Shown: piece by piece, positions 21,764 to 35,032 of the stretch
Position numbering within the stretch: the stretch's first letter is position 1
Layout of the letters: every line of letters begins with the position of its first letter
Position numbers and translations under genes: made by a program
Notes under the pieces: model-generated
What the model saw: the letters and a program-made list of their open reading frames with translations, nothing else
Told to the model about the DNA's origin: nothing
Databases searched by the model: none
DNA from: Escherichia coli
GTDB taxonomy: Bacteria; Pseudomonadota; Gammaproteobacteria; Enterobacterales; Enterobacteriaceae
Length of the DNA: 64,000 nt
Assembly: GCF_044324875.1 (NCBI RefSeq)
Contig: NZ_CP172185.1
Direction: 5' to 3' (one strand)

Positions 21764-23233
21764 ATGGGTTCCGAAACTAAAACTACAGAAGCGCCGGGCT
21801 TACGCCGTGAATTAAAGGCGCGTCACCTGACGATGATTGCCATTGGCGGTTCCATCGGTACAGGTCTTTTTGTTGCCTCTGGCGCAACGATTTCTCAGGC
21901 AGGTCCGGGCGGGGCATTGCTCTCGTATATGTTGATTGGCCTGATGGTTTACTTCCTGATGACCAGTCTCGGTGAACTGGCTGCATATATGCCGGTTTCC
22001 GGTTCGTTTGCCACTTATGGTCAGAACTATGTTGAAGAAGGCTTTGGCTTCGCGCTGGGCTGGAACTACTGGTACAACTGGGCGGTGACTATCGCCGTTG
22101 ACCTGGTTGCAGCTCAGCTGGTCATGAGCTGGTGGTTCCCGGATACACCGGGCTGGATCTGGAGTGCGCTGTTCCTCGGCGTTATCTTCCTGCTGAACTA
22201 CATCTCAGTTCGTGGCTTTGGTGAAGCGGAATACTGGTTCTCACTGATCAAAGTCACGACAGTTATTGTCTTTATCATCGTTGGCGTGCTGATGATTATC
22301 GGTATCTTCAAAGGCGCGCAGCCTGCGGGCTGGAGCAACTGGACAATCGGCGAAGCGCCGTTTGCTGGTGGTTTTGCGGCGATGATCGGCGTAGCTATGA
22401 TTGTCGGCTTCTCTTTCCAGGGAACCGAGCTGATCGGTATTGCTGCAGGCGAGTCCGAAGATCCGGCGAAAAACATTCCACGCGCGGTACGTCAGGTGTT
22501 CTGGCGAATCCTGTTGTTCTATGTGTTCGCGATCCTGATTATCAGCCTGATTATTCCGTACACCGATCCGAGCCTGCTGCGTAACGATGTTAAAGACATC
22601 AGCGTTAGTCCGTTCACCCTGGTGTTCCAGCACGCGGGTCTGCTCTCTGCGGCGGCGGTGATGAACGCAGTTATTCTGACGGCGGTGCTGTCAGCGGGTA
22701 ACTCCGGTATGTATGCGTCTACTCGTATGCTGTACACCCTGGCGTGTGACGGTAAAGCGCCGCGCATTTTCGCTAAACTGTCGCGTGGTGGCGTGCCGCG
22801 TAATGCGCTGTATGCGACGACGGTGATTGCCGGTCTGTGCTTCCTGACCTCCATGTTTGGCAACCAGACGGTATACCTGTGGCTGCTGAACACCTCCGGG
22901 ATGACCGGTTTTATCGCCTGGCTGGGGATTGCCATTAGCCACTATCGCTTCCGTCGCGGTTACGTATTGCAGGGACACGACATTAACGATCTGCCGTACC
23001 GTTCAGGTTTCTTCCCACTGGGGCCGATCTTCGCATTCATTCTGTGTCTGATTATCACTTTGGGCCAGAACTACGAAGCGTTCCTGAAAGATACCATTGA
23101 CTGGGGCGGCGTAGCGGCAACGTATATTGGTATCCCGCTGTTCCTGATTATTTGGTTCGGCTACAAGCTGATTAAAGGAACTCACTTCGTACGCTACAGC
23201 GAAATGAAGTTCCCGCAGAACGATAAGAAATAA
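21764..23233 (+). CDS. lysP: Lysine-specific permease (APC family)
   Basis: 489 aa multi-TM amino acid permease. Confidence 0.93.
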   Translation: MGSETKTTEAPGLRRELKARHLTMIAIGGSIGTGLFVASGATISQAGPGGALLSYMLIGLMVYFLMTSLGELAAYMPVSGSFATYGQNYVEEGFGFALGWNYWYNWAVTIAVDLVAAQLVMSWWFPDTPGWIWSALFLGVIFLLNYISVRGFGEAEYWFSLIKVTTVIVFIIVGVLMIIGIFKGAQPAGWSNWTIGEAPFAGGFAAMIGVAMIVGFSFQGTELIGIAAGESEDPAKNIPRAVRQVFWRILLFYVFAILIISLIIPYTDPSLLRNDVKDISVSPFTLVFQHAGLLSAAAVMNAVILTAVLSAGNSGMYASTRMLYTLACDGKAPRIFAKLSRGGVPRNALYATTVIAGLCFLTSMFGNQTVYLWLLNTSGMTGFIAWLGIAISHYRFRRGYVLQGHDINDLPYRSGFFPLGPIFAFILCLIITLGQNYEAFLKDTIDWGGVAATYIGIPLFLIIWFGYKLIKGTHFVRYSEMKFPQNDKK

Positions 23234-23254
23234 GTTTCCTCCCTTCCTTGCTAA

Positions 23255-23279
23255 GCCCTCTCAACCGAGAGGGCTTTTT
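23255..23279 (+). terminator. Rho-independent terminator of lysP
   Basis: gccctctc-aacc-gagagggc followed by ttttt. Confidence 0.7.
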
Positions 23280-23330
23280 CAATTCCATTTCCCTGACAAA
23301 TCATGCGGATATAAAATTTAACATTTGGAT

Positions 23331-23360
23331 TGATAATTGTTATCGTTTGCATTATCGTTA
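23331..23360. promoter_or_regulatory. Fur box(es) in cirA promoter
   Basis: tgataattgttatcgtttgcattatcgtta resembles GATAATGATAATCATTATC. Confidence 0.6.
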
Positions 23361-23524
23361 CGCCGCAATCAAAAAAGGCTGACAAATCAGAGGCTGTTCC
23401 GGCTTTCTGGGATGATCACCTGCATACAAATAAGTCCACCGCGATGCTGCCGTACGCAAGGGGACGTAAAGAAGATGTGAGCGATACCCATTTTATTTTC
23501 GTAGTTACCTCATGGAGATATGGA

Positions 23525-25504
23525 ATGTTTAGGTTGAACCCTTTCGTACGGGTCGGGCTGTGTTTGTCCGCTATTTCTTGTGCATGGCCTGTGTTAGCGG
23601 TCGATGATGATAGCGAAACGATGGTTGTCACTGCATCTTCCGTTGAACAAAACCTTAAAGATGCACCTGCCAGTATCAGCGTCATTACCCAGGAAGACCT
23701 GCAGCGAAAACCGGTACAGAATCTGAAGGATGTCCTCAAAGAAGTGCCTGGCGTACAACTGACGAACGAAGGGGATAACCGTAAGGGCGTTAGTATTCGT
23801 GGTCTGGACAGCAGCTACACCCTGATTCTCGTCGACGGTAAACGCGTTAACTCCCGCAATGCCGTCTTCCGCCACAATGATTTCGATCTGAACTGGATCC
23901 CGGTCGATTCCATCGAACGTATTGAAGTGGTTCGTGGCCCGATGTCGTCGCTGTACGGCTCCGATGCGCTCGGCGGTGTAGTGAATATCATCACCAAAAA
24001 AATCGGTCAGAAATGGTCGGGTACCGTTACCGTCGATACCACCATTCAGGAACATCGCGATCGCGGTGATACCTATAACGGTCAGTTCTTTACCAGTGGA
24101 CCATTAATTGATGGTGTGCTGGGAATGAAAGCTTACGGCAGCCTGGCAAAACGTGAAAAGGATGACCCGCAAAACTCAACGACCACCGATACCGGAGAAA
24201 CGCCGCGTATTGAAGGATTCTCCAGCCGCGACGGCAATGTCGAATTTGCCTGGACACCGAATCAAAATCACGATTTTACTGCCGGATACGGTTTCGACCG
24301 TCAGGATCGTGATTCCGACTCGCTGGACAAAAACCGTCTGGAACGCCAGAACTACTCCGTCAGCCATAATGGGCGTTGGGATTACGGCACCAGCGAACTG
24401 AAATACTACGGTGAGAAAGTCGAGAACAAAAACCCTGGCAACAGCAGCCCGATAACTTCCGAAAGCAATACGGTCGACGGTAAATACACGTTGCCGCTGA
24501 CGGCGATTAATCAGTTTCTCACGGTTGGCGGTGAATGGCGTCACGACAAACTTAGTGATGCGGTGAACCTGACCGGGGGAACCAGCTCCAAAACGTCTGC
24601 CAGCCAGTACGCGCTATTTGTGGAAGATGAATGGCGGATCTTCGAGCCGCTGGCGCTGACGACCGGCGTACGTATGGACGATCATGAAACCTACGGTGAA
24701 CACTGGAGTCCGCGTGCCTACCTGGTTTATAACGCCACCGACACCGTAACGGTAAAAGGGGGCTGGGCGACGGCATTTAAAGCACCTTCTCTGTTGCAAC
24801 TTAGCCCTGACTGGACGAGCAATTCTTGCCGTGGCGCATGTAAGATTGTGGGTAGCCCGGATCTGAAACCAGAAACCAGCGAAAGTTGGGAACTGGGGCT
24901 TTACTACATGGGCGAAGACGGCTGGCTGGAAGGGGTGGAGTCCAGCGTTACCGTTTTTCGTAACGATGTGAAAGATCGTATCAGCATCAGCCGTACGTCT
25001 GACGTCAACGCTGCACCGGGCTACCAAAACTTTGTTGGTTTTACAGCGAACGGTGTGCCGGTATTCAGCTACTACAACGTTAACAAAGCACGTATTCAGG
25101 GCGTGGAAACCGAGCTGAAAATTCCGTTCAACGATGAATGGAAACTGTCACTCAACTACACCTACAACGATGGTCGTGATGTCAGCAACGGCGAAAATAA
25201 ACCTTTATCCGATCTGCCGTTCCATACCGCTAACGGTACGCTGGACTGGAAACCGCTGGCGCTGGAAGACTGGTCATTCTATGTTTCTGGTCACTATACC
25301 GGGCAGAAACGCGCCGACAGCGCGACGGCTAAAACACCGGGCGGTTATACCATCTGGAATACCGGTGCGGCCTGGCAGGTGACTAAAGACGTCAAACTGC
25401 GCGCAGGCGTGCTGAACCTTGGCGACAAGGATCTCAGTCGTGACGATTACAGCTATAACGAAGACGGACGTCGTTACTTTATGGCAGTGGATTATCGCTT
25501 CTGA
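23525..25504 (+). CDS. cirA: TonB-dependent colicin I / catecholate siderophore receptor
   Basis: Start at [25 protein letters not shown] (signal peptide), TonB box ETMVVTAS, C-terminal ...YRF; 659 aa as deduced here. Confidence 0.88.
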   Translation: MFRLNPFVRVGLCLSAISCAWPVLAVDDDSETMVVTASSVEQNLKDAPASISVITQEDLQRKPVQNLKDVLKEVPGVQLTNEGDNRKGVSIRGLDSSYTLILVDGKRVNSRNAVFRHNDFDLNWIPVDSIERIEVVRGPMSSLYGSDALGGVVNIITKKIGQKWSGTVTVDTTIQEHRDRGDTYNGQFFTSGPLIDGVLGMKAYGSLAKREKDDPQNSTTTDTGETPRIEGFSSRDGNVEFAWTPNQNHDFTAGYGFDRQDRDSDSLDKNRLERQNYSVSHNGRWDYGTSELKYYGEKVENKNPGNSSPITSESNTVDGKYTLPLTAINQFLTVGGEWRHDKLSDAVNLTGGTSSKTSASQYALFVEDEWRIFEPLALTTGVRMDDHETYGEHWSPRAYLVYNATDTVTVKGGWATAFKAPSLLQLSPDWTSNSCRGACKIVGSPDLKPETSESWELGLYYMGEDGWLEGVESSVTVFRNDVKDRISISRTSDVNAAPGYQNFVGFTANGVPVFSYYNVNKARIQGVETELKIPFNDEWKLSLNYTYNDGRDVSNGENKPLSDLPFHTANGTLDWKPLALEDWSFYVSGHYTGQKRADSATAKTPGGYTIWNTGAAWQVTKDVKLRAGVLNLGDKDLSRDDYSYNEDGRRYFMAVDYRF

Positions 25505-25534
25505 TGAGAAGATGCCCGGCGAACCGGGCAGACT

Positions 25535-26404
<870 letters not shown>

Positions 26405-26628
26405 TCATCATACCGTTTATTCAATGTGCTGTGAGTAACTTTCACTTCCGTATTTGCATAACGATGTTTTAACATCTGCTGATGAAAGGCAGCGGCAATT
26501 ACAATAATTATCGCTGTGAATACTGGATTATGTGCGCCGCCTCACGCACAATAATCAGGCTGTAAATCAGCTTAATAACTTTGCCCCCACGCAGGGCGGA
26601 GGCGTCACACCTGCAGGAGAAATCATAA

Positions 26629-27297
26629 ATGCCATCACTCAGTAAAGAAGCGGCCCTGGTTCATGAAGCGTTAGTTGCGCGAGGACTGGAAACACCGCTG
26701 CGCCCGCCCGTGCATGAAATGGATAACGAAACGCGCAAAAGCCTTATTGCTGGTCATATGACCGAAATCATGCAGCTGCTGAATCTCGACCTGGCTGATG
26801 ACAGTTTGATGGAAACGCCGCATCGCATCGCTAAAATGTATGTCGATGAAATTTTCTCCGGTCTGGATTACGCCAATTTCCCGAAAATCACCCTCATTGA
26901 AAACAAAATGAAGGTCGATGAAATGGTCACCGTGCGCGATATCACCCTGACCAGCACCTGTGAACACCATTTTGTTACCATTGATGGCAAAGCGACGGTG
27001 GCTTATATCCCGAAAGATTCGGTGATCGGTCTGTCAAAAATTAACCGCATCGTGCAGTTCTTTGCCCAGCGTCCGCAGGTGCAGGAACGTCTGACCCAGC
27101 AAATTCTCATTGCGCTACAAACGCTGCTGGGCACCAATAACGTGGCTGTCTCTATCGACGCGGTGCATTACTGCGTGAAAGCGCGTGGCATCCGCGACGC
27201 AACCAGTGCCACAACAACGACCTCTCTTGGTGGATTGTTCAAATCCAGTCAGAATACGCGCCACGAATTTCTGCGCGCTGTGCGTCATCACAACTGA
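26629..27297 (+). CDS. folE: GTP cyclohydrolase I
   Basis: 222 aa [24 protein letters not shown]... Confidence 0.93.
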
Positions 27298-27313
27298 TTA
27301 AAAGGCAGGAACC

Positions 27314-28471
27314 ATGGAGCGCAACGTCACGCTCGATTTTGTTCGCGGCGTCGCCATTCTGGGGATCCTGCTATTAAACATCAGCGCCTTTGGGCTACCA
27401 AAGGCGGCTTATCTCAATCCCGCCTGGTACGGCGCTATTACGCCGCAGGATGCATGGACCTGGGCATTTCTCGATCTCATCGGCCAGGTGAAATTCCTCA
27501 CGCTTTTTGCGCTGCTGTTTGGTGCTGGCCTGCAAATGTTGCTGCCCCGTGGCAGACGCTGGATCCAGTCGCGGTTAACGCTGTTAGTCTTGCTGGGCTT
27601 TATTCACGGTTTATTGTTCTGGGACGGCGATATTCTGCTGGCTTACGGGCTGGTGGGCTTAATCTGCTGGCGGCTGGTGCGCGATGCGCCATCGGTAAAA
27701 AGCCTGTTTAATACAGGCGTCATGCTTTATCTGGTGGGGCTTGGCGTTTTGCTGTTATTGGGGCTGATTTCCGACAGCCAGACCAGCCGCGCCTGGACGC
27801 CGGATGCATCGGCTATTTTGTATGAAAAATACTGGAAGCTTCACGGCGGCGTTGAAGCGATCGGTAATCGTGCCGATGGTGTTGGAAACAGTTTACTGGC
27901 ACTGGGCGCACAGTATGGCTGGCAACTGGCAGGGATGATGCTCATTGGTGCGGCGCTGATGCGCAGCGGCTGGCTGAAAGGGCAGTTCAGCTTACGTCAC
28001 TATCGTCGTACTGGTTTTGTGCTGGTGGCGATTGGGGTGATCATTAACCTTCCTGCCATCGCCCTGCAATGGCAGCTGGACTGGGCGTATCGCTGGTGTG
28101 CCTTCTTACTTCAAATGCCGCGGGAACTGAGTGCGCCGTTTCAGGCGATTGGCTATGCGTCGCTGTTTTATGGCTTCTGGCCGCAATTAAGCCGCTTTAA
28201 GCTGGTGCTTGCGATCGCCTGCGTCGGACGGATGGCGCTGACCAACTATCTATTGCAAACGCTGATTTGTACCACGCTTTTTTACCACCTCGGTTTGTTT
28301 ATGCATTTTGACCGCCTGGAGCTGCTGGCGTTTGTTATTCCGGTATGGCTGGCGAATATCCTCTTCTCTGTTATCTGGCTGCGTTACTTCCGCCAGGGGC
28401 CGGTGGAATGGCTCTGGCGTCAGTTAACTTTGCGTGCTGCCGGACCGGCAATATCTAAAACATCAAGATAA
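27314..28471 (+). CDS. yeiB: DUF418-family inner membrane protein
   Basis: 385 aa multi-TM. Confidence 0.82.
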   Translation: MERNVTLDFVRGVAILGILLLNISAFGLPKAAYLNPAWYGAITPQDAWTWAFLDLIGQVKFLTLFALLFGAGLQMLLPRGRRWIQSRLTLLVLLGFIHGLLFWDGDILLAYGLVGLICWRLVRDAPSVKSLFNTGVMLYLVGLGVLLLLGLISDSQTSRAWTPDASAILYEKYWKLHGGVEAIGNRADGVGNSLLALGAQYGWQLAGMMLIGAALMRSGWLKGQFSLRHYRRTGFVLVAIGVIINLPAIALQWQLDWAYRWCAFLLQMPRELSAPFQAIGYASLFYGFWPQLSRFKLVLAIACVGRMALTNYLLQTLICTTLFYHLGLFMHFDRLELLAFVIPVWLANILFSVIWLRYFRQGPVEWLWRQLTLRAAGPAISKTSR

Positions 28472-28501
28472 CGATCTGGATCACATTCGTTAACAAAACG
28501 G

Positions 28502-28539
28502 CTGTAACCGTTTCCATTGCTGTGACTCGATTCACGAAG
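28502..28539. promoter_or_regulatory. Candidate GalR/GalS operator pair upstream of galS
   Basis: ctgtaaccgtttccat and tgtgactcgattcacg resemble GTGnAAnCGnTTnCAC. Confidence 0.4.
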
Positions 28540-28612
28540 TCCTGTATTCAGTGCTGACAAAATAGCCGCCAGCAAGCAGTCATTTACTGCAATCTCATAA
28601 CAGGTAGTGAAT

Positions 28613-29653
28613 ATGATCACCATTCGTGATGTAGCGCGTCAGGCTGGCGTCTCTGTGGCAACGGTTTCCCGGGTGCTCAATAACAGCACGCTGGTCAGTG
28701 CCGACACGCGTGAAGCAGTAATGAAAGCCGTGAGTGAGCTGGATTATCGGCCAAACGCCAATGCCCAGGCGCTGGCAACTCAGGTTAGCGATACCATTGG
28801 CGTGGTGGTGATGGACGTTTCTGATGCGTTTTTCGGCGCGCTGGTAAAAGCGGTGGATCTGGTCGCCCAGCAGCATCAGAAATACGTGCTAATCGGCAAT
28901 AGCTATCATGAAGCGGAAAAAGAGCGTCACGCCATTGAGGTGTTAATTCGCCAGCGTTGTAATGCATTGATTGTTCACTCAAAAGCATTGAGTGACGATG
29001 AGCTGGCACAATTTATGGATAACATTCCCGGTATGGTATTAATCAACCGCGTTGTGCCGGGGTACGCCCATCGTTGCGTTTGCCTGGATAATCTCAGCGG
29101 TGCCCGAATGGCGACGCGCATGTTGCTGAATAACGGTCATCAACGTATTGGTTATCTTTCTTCCAGTCACGGCATTGAAGATGACGCCATGCGTAAAGCA
29201 GGCTGGATGAGTGCGTTGACAGAGCAGGATATTATTCCGCCGGAAAGCTGGATTGGCACTGGCACGCCGGACATGCCGGGTGGTGAGGCGGCGATGGTTG
29301 AACTGCTGGGGCGCAATCTACAACTTACCGCTGTATTTGCTTATAACGACAATATGGCCGCTGGCGCACTGACAGCATTAAAAGATAATGGCATTGCGAT
29401 TCCGTTACATCTCTCAATCATCGGTTTCGATGATATTCCCATCGCCCGTTACACCGACCCGCAATTAACGACTGTGCGTTATCCCATTGCTTCAATGGCG
29501 AAATTAGCCACCGAACTGGCCTTGCAGGGGGCAGCAGGCAATATTGATCCGCGTGCCAGCCACTGTTTTATGCCGACGTTAGTGCGTCGCCATTCTGTCG
29601 CAACGCGCCAGAATGCGGCGGCGATCACTAACTCAACAAATCAGGCGATGTAA
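28613..29653 (+). CDS. galS: LacI/GalR-family repressor of the mgl operon
   Basis: Start at [23 protein letters not shown] (346 aa). Confidence 0.88.
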   Translation: MITIRDVARQAGVSVATVSRVLNNSTLVSADTREAVMKAVSELDYRPNANAQALATQVSDTIGVVVMDVSDAFFGALVKAVDLVAQQHQKYVLIGNSYHEAEKERHAIEVLIRQRCNALIVHSKALSDDELAQFMDNIPGMVLINRVVPGYAHRCVCLDNLSGARMATRMLLNNGHQRIGYLSSSHGIEDDAMRKAGWMSALTEQDIIPPESWIGTGTPDMPGGEAAMVELLGRNLQLTAVFAYNDNMAAGALTALKDNGIAIPLHLSIIGFDDIPIARYTDPQLTTVRYPIASMAKLATELALQGAAGNIDPRASHCFMPTLVRRHSVATRQNAAAITNSTNQAM

Positions 29654-29684
29654 CCGCTTTCAATCTGTGAGTGATTTCACAGTA
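29648..29684. promoter_or_regulatory. mgl promoter: Gal operator followed by CRP site
   Basis: atgtaaccgctttcaat then perfect CRP-type palindrome ctgtgagtgatttcacag (TGTGA-N6-TCACA). Confidence 0.6.
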
Positions 29685-29932
29685 TCTTAACAATGTGATA
29701 GCTATGATTGCACCGTTTTAACGTTGTAACCCGTATGTAACAGTGAATAATCACTTTCACCGAGGTAATAGCGTCATAACAACAATTAAAGCCGTTTTCT
29801 GGAGCGTTACCGGGCATGGAAGAACGAATTTTAAAAAGTGAGCTTCGGCGTTCAGTAACACTTCATTAACTCTACTGCCCCGCCGAGCATTTATCTCAAG
29901 CACTACCCTGCATAAGAAAAACCGGAGATACC

Positions 29933-30931
29933 ATGAATAAGAAGGTGTTAACCCTGTCTGCTGTGATGGCCAGCATGTTATTCGGTGCCGCTGCACACGC
30001 TGCTGATACTCGCATTGGTGTAACAATCTATAAGTACGACGATAACTTTATGTCTGTAGTGCGCAAGGCTATTGAGCAAGATGCGAAAGCCGCGCCAGAT
30101 GTTCAGCTGCTGATGAATGATTCTCAGAATGACCAGTCCAAGCAGAACGATCAGATCGACGTATTGCTGGCGAAAGGGGTGAAGGCACTGGCAATCAACC
30201 TGGTTGACCCGGCAGCTGCGGGTACGGTGATTGAGAAAGCGCGTGGGCAAAATGTGCCGGTGGTTTTCTTCAACAAAGAACCGTCTCGTAAGGCGCTGGA
30301 TAGCTACGACAAAGCCTACTACGTTGGCACTGACTCCAAAGAGTCCGGCATTATTCAGGGCGATTTGATTGCTAAACACTGGGCGGCGAATCAGGGTTGG
30401 GATCTGAACAAAGACGGTCAGATTCAGTTCGTACTGCTGAAAGGTGAGCCGGGCCATCCGGATGCAGAAGCACGTACCACTTACGTGATTAAAGAATTAA
30501 ACGACAAAGGCATCAAAACTGAACAGTTACAGTTAGATACCGCTATGTGGGATACCGCTCAGGCGAAAGATAAGATGGACGCCTGGCTGTCTGGCCCGAA
30601 CGCCAACAAAATCGAAGTGGTTATCGCCAACAACGATGCGATGGCAATGGGCGCGGTAGAAGCACTGAAAGCACACAACAAGTCCAGCATTCCGGTGTTT
30701 GGCGTCGATGCGCTGCCAGAAGCGCTGGCGCTGGTGAAATCCGGTGCACTGGCGGGCACCGTACTGAACGATGCTAACAACCAGGCGAAAGCGACCTTTG
30801 ATTTGGCGAAAAACCTGGCCGATGGCAAAGGTGCGGCTGATGGCACCAACTGGAAAATCGACAACAAAGTGGTCCGCGTACCTTATGTTGGCGTAGATAA
30901 AGACAACCTGGCTGAATTCAGCAAGAAATAA
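29933..30931 (+). CDS. mglB: Periplasmic galactose/glucose-binding protein
   Basis: 332 aa with signal peptide. Confidence 0.93.
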   Translation: MNKKVLTLSAVMASMLFGAAAHAADTRIGVTIYKYDDNFMSVVRKAIEQDAKAAPDVQLLMNDSQNDQSKQNDQIDVLLAKGVKALAINLVDPAAAGTVIEKARGQNVPVVFFNKEPSRKALDSYDKAYYVGTDSKESGIIQGDLIAKHWAANQGWDLNKDGQIQFVLLKGEPGHPDAEARTTYVIKELNDKGIKTEQLQLDTAMWDTAQAKDKMDAWLSGPNANKIEVVIANNDAMAMGAVEALKAHNKSSIPVFGVDALPEALALVKSGALAGTVLNDANNQAKATFDLAKNLADGKGAADGTNWKIDNKVVRVPYVGVDKDNLAEFSKK

Positions 30932-30991
30932 GACTGATTGGGCGCAGTCGTTTACTGCGCCCTTATTGTATGGCCAACAAGGTAAAATTAT

Positions 30992-32512
30992 ATGGTCAGC
31001 TCAACGACTCCGTCTTCCGGGGAATACTTGTTGGAAATGAGCGGTATCAACAAGTCTTTTCCTGGTGTTAAGGCACTTGATAACGTTAATTTAAAAGTCC
31101 GGCCACATTCTATCCATGCATTAATGGGGGAAAACGGCGCAGGAAAATCAACATTATTAAAATGCCTGTTTGGTATTTATCAAAAAGACTCCGGCACCAT
31201 TTTATTCCAGGGTAAAGAGATCGATTTCCATTCTGCAAAAGAAGCGCTGGAAAATGGTATTTCGATGGTACACCAGGAGTTAAACCTGGTATTACAACGT
31301 TCGGTGATGGATAACATGTGGCTGGGGCGATATCCCACCAAAGGCATGTTTGTCGATCAGGACAAAATGTACCGCGAAACCAAAGCGATTTTTGATGAAC
31401 TGGATATTGATATCGATCCGCGTGCGCGCGTCGGCACATTATCCGTTTCGCAAATGCAGATGATCGAAATCGCCAAAGCGTTTTCCTATAACGCGAAAAT
31501 TGTGATTATGGATGAACCGACTTCTTCGTTAACCGAAAAAGAGGTCAATCATCTGTTCACTATTATTCGTAAATTAAAAGAGCGCGGCTGCGGTATTGTT
31601 TATATCTCACATAAAATGGAAGAAATCTTCCAGTTATGTGATGAAGTTACCATATTGCGCGACGGTCAGTGGATCGCCACTGAACCGCTGGCAGGACTGA
31701 CGATGGACAAGATCATCGCCATGATGGTTGGGCGTTCTCTTAACCAGCGTTTCCCTGACAAAGAAAACAAGCCGGGCGAAGTGATTCTTGAAGTGCGTAA
31801 CCTGACGTCGCTGCGCCAGCCATCGATTCGCGATGTGTCGTTTGACCTGCATAAAGGGGAGATCCTCGGTATTGCCGGTCTGGTGGGGGCGAAACGTACC
31901 GATATTGTTGAGACGTTATTTGGTATTCGCGAGAAATCGGCTGGCACCATTACGTTGCACGGCAAAAAGATCAATAACCATAATGCCAACGAAGCCATAA
32001 ACCACGGATTTGCACTGGTAACTGAAGAGCGCCGCTCAACGGGAATTTATGCCTATCTGGATATCGGTTTTAACTCGTTAATTTCCAATATTCGCAACTA
32101 CAAAAATAAAGTTGGTTTACTGGATAACTCGCGGATGAAAAGCGATACCCAGTGGGTGATTGATTCGATGCGGGTAAAAACACCGGGGCATCGGACGCAA
32201 ATTGGTTCGCTCTCCGGCGGTAATCAGCAAAAGGTGATTATTGGTCGCTGGCTACTAACGCAACCAGAAATATTAATGCTCGATGAACCGACGCGCGGTA
32301 TTGATGTCGGAGCGAAGTTTGAAATTTATCAGTTAATTGCCGAGCTGGCGAAGAAAGGCAAGGGGATTATTATTATCTCCTCCGAAATGCCAGAGCTGTT
32401 AGGGATAACAGACCGTATTCTGGTCATGAGCAATGGTCTCGTTTCTGGAATTGTCGATACAAAAACAACAACGCAAAACGAAATTCTGCGTCTTGCGTCT
32501 TTGCACCTTTAA
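30992..32512 (+). CDS. mglA: Galactose/methyl-galactoside ABC transporter ATPase (duplicated ABC domains)
   Basis: 506 aa, two Walker A motifs. Confidence 0.93.
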   Translation: MVSSTTPSSGEYLLEMSGINKSFPGVKALDNVNLKVRPHSIHALMGENGAGKSTLLKCLFGIYQKDSGTILFQGKEIDFHSAKEALENGISMVHQELNLVLQRSVMDNMWLGRYPTKGMFVDQDKMYRETKAIFDELDIDIDPRARVGTLSVSQMQMIEIAKAFSYNAKIVIMDEPTSSLTEKEVNHLFTIIRKLKERGCGIVYISHKMEEIFQLCDEVTILRDGQWIATEPLAGLTMDKIIAMMVGRSLNQRFPDKENKPGEVILEVRNLTSLRQPSIRDVSFDLHKGEILGIAGLVGAKRTDIVETLFGIREKSAGTITLHGKKINNHNANEAINHGFALVTEERRSTGIYAYLDIGFNSLISNIRNYKNKVGLLDNSRMKSDTQWVIDSMRVKTPGHRTQIGSLSGGNQQKVIIGRWLLTQPEILMLDEPTRGIDVGAKFEIYQLIAELAKKGKGIIIISSEMPELLGITDRILVMSNGLVSGIVDTKTTTQNEILRLASLHL

Positions 32513-32527
32513 GATTAGGGGCTTCCC

Positions 32528-33538
32528 ATGAGTGCGTTAAATAAGAAAAGTTTTCTTACTTACCTGAAAGAGGGCGGTATTTACGTCGTTCTTTTAGTTT
32601 TGCTGGCGATTATTATTTTCCAGGACCCAACATTTTTAAGTCTGTTGAACTTAAGTAATATTCTCACCCAGTCATCGGTGCGTATTATTATCGCGCTCGG
32701 TGTGGCAGGGTTAATTGTCACCCAGGGGACCGACCTTTCTGCGGGGCGTCAGGTAGGGCTGGCGGCAGTGGTGGCAGCGACATTATTGCAGTCCATGGAT
32801 AACGCCAACAAAGTGTTCCCGGAAATGGCGACGATGCCGATTGCGCTGGTTATTCTGATTGTCTGTGCCATTGGTGCGGTGATCGGTTTGATTAACGGCC
32901 TGATTATCGCTTATCTCAACGTGACGCCATTCATTACCACGCTCGGTACGATGATCATCGTCTATGGCATCAACTCGCTCTATTACGACTTTGTCGGGGC
33001 GTCGCCGATTTCTGGTTTCGACAGTGGCTTCTCTACCTTTGCTCAGGGCTTTGTCGCGCTGGGGAGTTTCCGTCTCTCTTACATCACCTTCTACGCGTTG
33101 ATTGCGGTGGCGTTCGTCTGGGTGTTGTGGAACAAAACCCGCTTCGGTAAGAACATTTTTGCCATTGGCGGTAACCCGGAAGCGGCAAAAGTATCTGGTG
33201 TCAACGTCGGCCTGAACCTGCTGATGATCTACGCGTTGTCTGGCGTGTTCTATGCCTTTGGCGGGATGTTAGAAGCCGGACGTATCGGCTCTGCCACCAA
33301 CAACCTCGGCTTTATGTATGAGCTGGATGCTATCGCGGCGTGCGTGGTAGGCGGCGTATCGTTCAGCGGCGGTGTAGGGACGGTGATTGGCGTGGTGACC
33401 GGGGTGATTATTTTTACCGTCATCAACTATGGCCTGACGTACATCGGCGTAAACCCATACTGGCAGTACATCATCAAAGGGGCGATTATTATCTTCGCTG
33501 TAGCGCTGGATTCACTGAAATACGCACGTAAGAAGTGA
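32528..33538 (+). CDS. mglC: Galactose ABC transporter permease
   Basis: 336 aa multi-TM. Confidence 0.93.
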   Translation: MSALNKKSFLTYLKEGGIYVVLLVLLAIIIFQDPTFLSLLNLSNILTQSSVRIIIALGVAGLIVTQGTDLSAGRQVGLAAVVAATLLQSMDNANKVFPEMATMPIALVILIVCAIGAVIGLINGLIIAYLNVTPFITTLGTMIIVYGINSLYYDFVGASPISGFDSGFSTFAQGFVALGSFRLSYITFYALIAVAFVWVLWNKTRFGKNIFAIGGNPEAAKVSGVNVGLNLLMIYALSGVFYAFGGMLEAGRIGSATNNLGFMYELDAIAACVVGGVSFSGGVGTVIGVVTGVIIFTVINYGLTYIGVNPYWQYIIKGAIIIFAVALDSLKYARKK

Positions 33539-33547
33539 TGTGATTGT

Positions 33548-33796
33548 GGGTATTGCCGGATGCGCTGCATCCGGCAATCGGTGCCAAATGCCGGATGCAA
33601 CGCTGGCGCGTTTTATCCGGCCTACAATGAGCGCAACATACTGATCTATATGGTTTTATATGCCGGATGCAACGCTGGCGCGTTTTATCCGGCCTACAAT
33701 GAGAACAACATATTGATTTATATGGTTTTGTAGGCCGGATAAGGCGTTCACGCCGCATCCGGCGACAGGAGCCAAATGCCGGATGCAACGCTGGTT
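33548..33796. repeat. REP/BIME cluster with tandemly repeated units
   Basis: Palindrome ttgccggatgcgctgcatccggcaa, then repeated gccaaatgccggatgcaacgctggcgcgttttatccggcctacaatgag units and taggccggataaggcgttcacgccgcatccggc. Confidence 0.75.
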
Positions 33797-35032
33797 TTAC
33801 AACGTTACCGGGTGTTCTTTCTCTCCCTTCTTAAACTTCACTTCTCCGAGATCAATACAACCCACCGGGCAGACGTGACCACAAAGCAGGCAACCAACAC
33901 ATTTCTCGGTATTACAATGCGGTGTACGGGTTTTCTCGCTCCATTCCATCGCCTGGTGACCGCCGTCGTAACAGGAAATATAACAGCGTCCACAGCCAAC
34001 ACATTTATCGAGGTTGATGTTGGGATAGACAATATAACTGCGGTCTAAATCTTCCGCCGGAACAATATTGTGATTCGCCAGACCTACCATATCCTGCAAC
34101 GAATCAAATCCCTGATCGGCGAGATAATGCGACAACCCGCTCGCCATATCTTCTACGATGCGATAGCCGTACTGCATAATGCCGGTGGTCACCTGCAACG
34201 TCGCTGCACCGAGCAATAAAAACTCTGCCGCATCTTCCCAGGTTTCGATACCGCCGATACCGCTGATCGGGAAATCGCGCAGCTCTGGATGGGTGCGCAT
34301 TTGCTGAATAAAGCGCAGGGCGATCGGTTTTACCGCTTTACCGGAATATCCGGAAATACTCGATTTACCGTTAACGATCGGCATACCGATTTTCTGATTA
34401 AGATCGATATTGGTGATGGATTTAACGGTGTTAATCGCCGCAATGCCATCTGCGCCGCCGCGCTTCGCCGCCAGCGCCACTTCGCACATATCACCGATAT
34501 TCGGCGTCATCTTCGCCAGCATCGGCAGCGTAGAACCGCGTTTCACTGCCCGACAATATTTTTCGACCAGCTCCGGGCTTTGCCCGACATCGCTACCCAT
34601 CGCATGAGAAGTCATTTGCGGACAGGAGAAGTTACACTCGATCATATCCGCGCCAGCTTCTTGCACCAGGCGCGCCAGCTCCTCCCATTGCTGCTCATTT
34701 TCCCCCATGATCGAAGCGATCAATACTTTGTCCGGGTAATCTTCCTTCAGCCGACGCAGGGCGGCCAGATTCTCTTCCAACGGATGTTCAGCAATCTGCT
34801 CCATATTTTTGAAGCCGATAAAACCGGTATCTTCTTTCACCAGATGATCAAAACGCGGCGAGACTTCGTTGGCGATAAAAAAGCCGATCGTTTTAAACAC
34901 CACGCCGCCCCAACCTGTGTCGTAGGCTTTGGCACACATCTCATAGCAGTTGCCTACAGGCGAAGAAGAGAGGCAGAACGGATTGGGAAACTTCACGCCG
35001 CAAAAAGTAATCGAAAGATCTTTCGTTAACAT
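33797..35032 (-). CDS. preA: NAD-dependent dihydropyrimidine dehydrogenase subunit (DHOD-like, C-terminal 4Fe-4S)
   Basis: Start at [12 protein letters not shown] (411 aa). Confidence 0.88.
   Translation of the reverse strand: MLTKDLSITFCGVKFPNPFCLSSSPVGNCYEMCAKAYDTGWGGVVFKTIGFFIANEVSPRFDHLVKEDTGFIGFKNMEQIAEHPLEENLAALRRLKEDYPDKVLIASIMGENEQQWEELARLVQEAGADMIECNFSCPQMTSHAMGSDVGQSPELVEKYCRAVKRGSTLPMLAKMTPNIGDMCEVALAAKRGGADGIAAINTVKSITNIDLNQKIGMPIVNGKSSISGYSGKAVKPIALRFIQQMRTHPELRDFPISGIGGIETWEDAAEFLLLGAATLQVTTGIMQYGYRIVEDMASGLSHYLADQGFDSLQDMVGLANHNIVPAEDLDRSYIVYPNINLDKCVGCGRCYISCYDGGHQAMEWSEKTRTPHCNTEKCVGCLLCGHVCPVGCIDLGEVKFKKGEKEHPVTL

Noticed and set aside
23330-23524. N-terminal extension of cirA (track ORF of 724 aa)
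   Set aside because: Extension has no signal peptide and overlaps the Fur-box/promoter region; the signal peptide begins at MFRLNPF (23525)
25516-25534. Hairpin tgcccggcgaaccgggca between cirA and yeiG as a terminator
   Set aside because: GC stem present but no adjacent T-tract on either strand; not confident enough to call
33489-33788. 99-aa ORF with internal peptide repeats; possible CRISPR-like repeat array
   Set aside because: The repeats are REP/BIME palindromic units with non-unique intervening sequence; no cas genes; ORF is a by-product of tandem REP duplication
34289-35029. 246-aa plus-strand ORF
   Set aside because: Lies entirely antisense within the well-supported preA gene; Arg/His-rich composition typical of antisense frames of GC-rich genes
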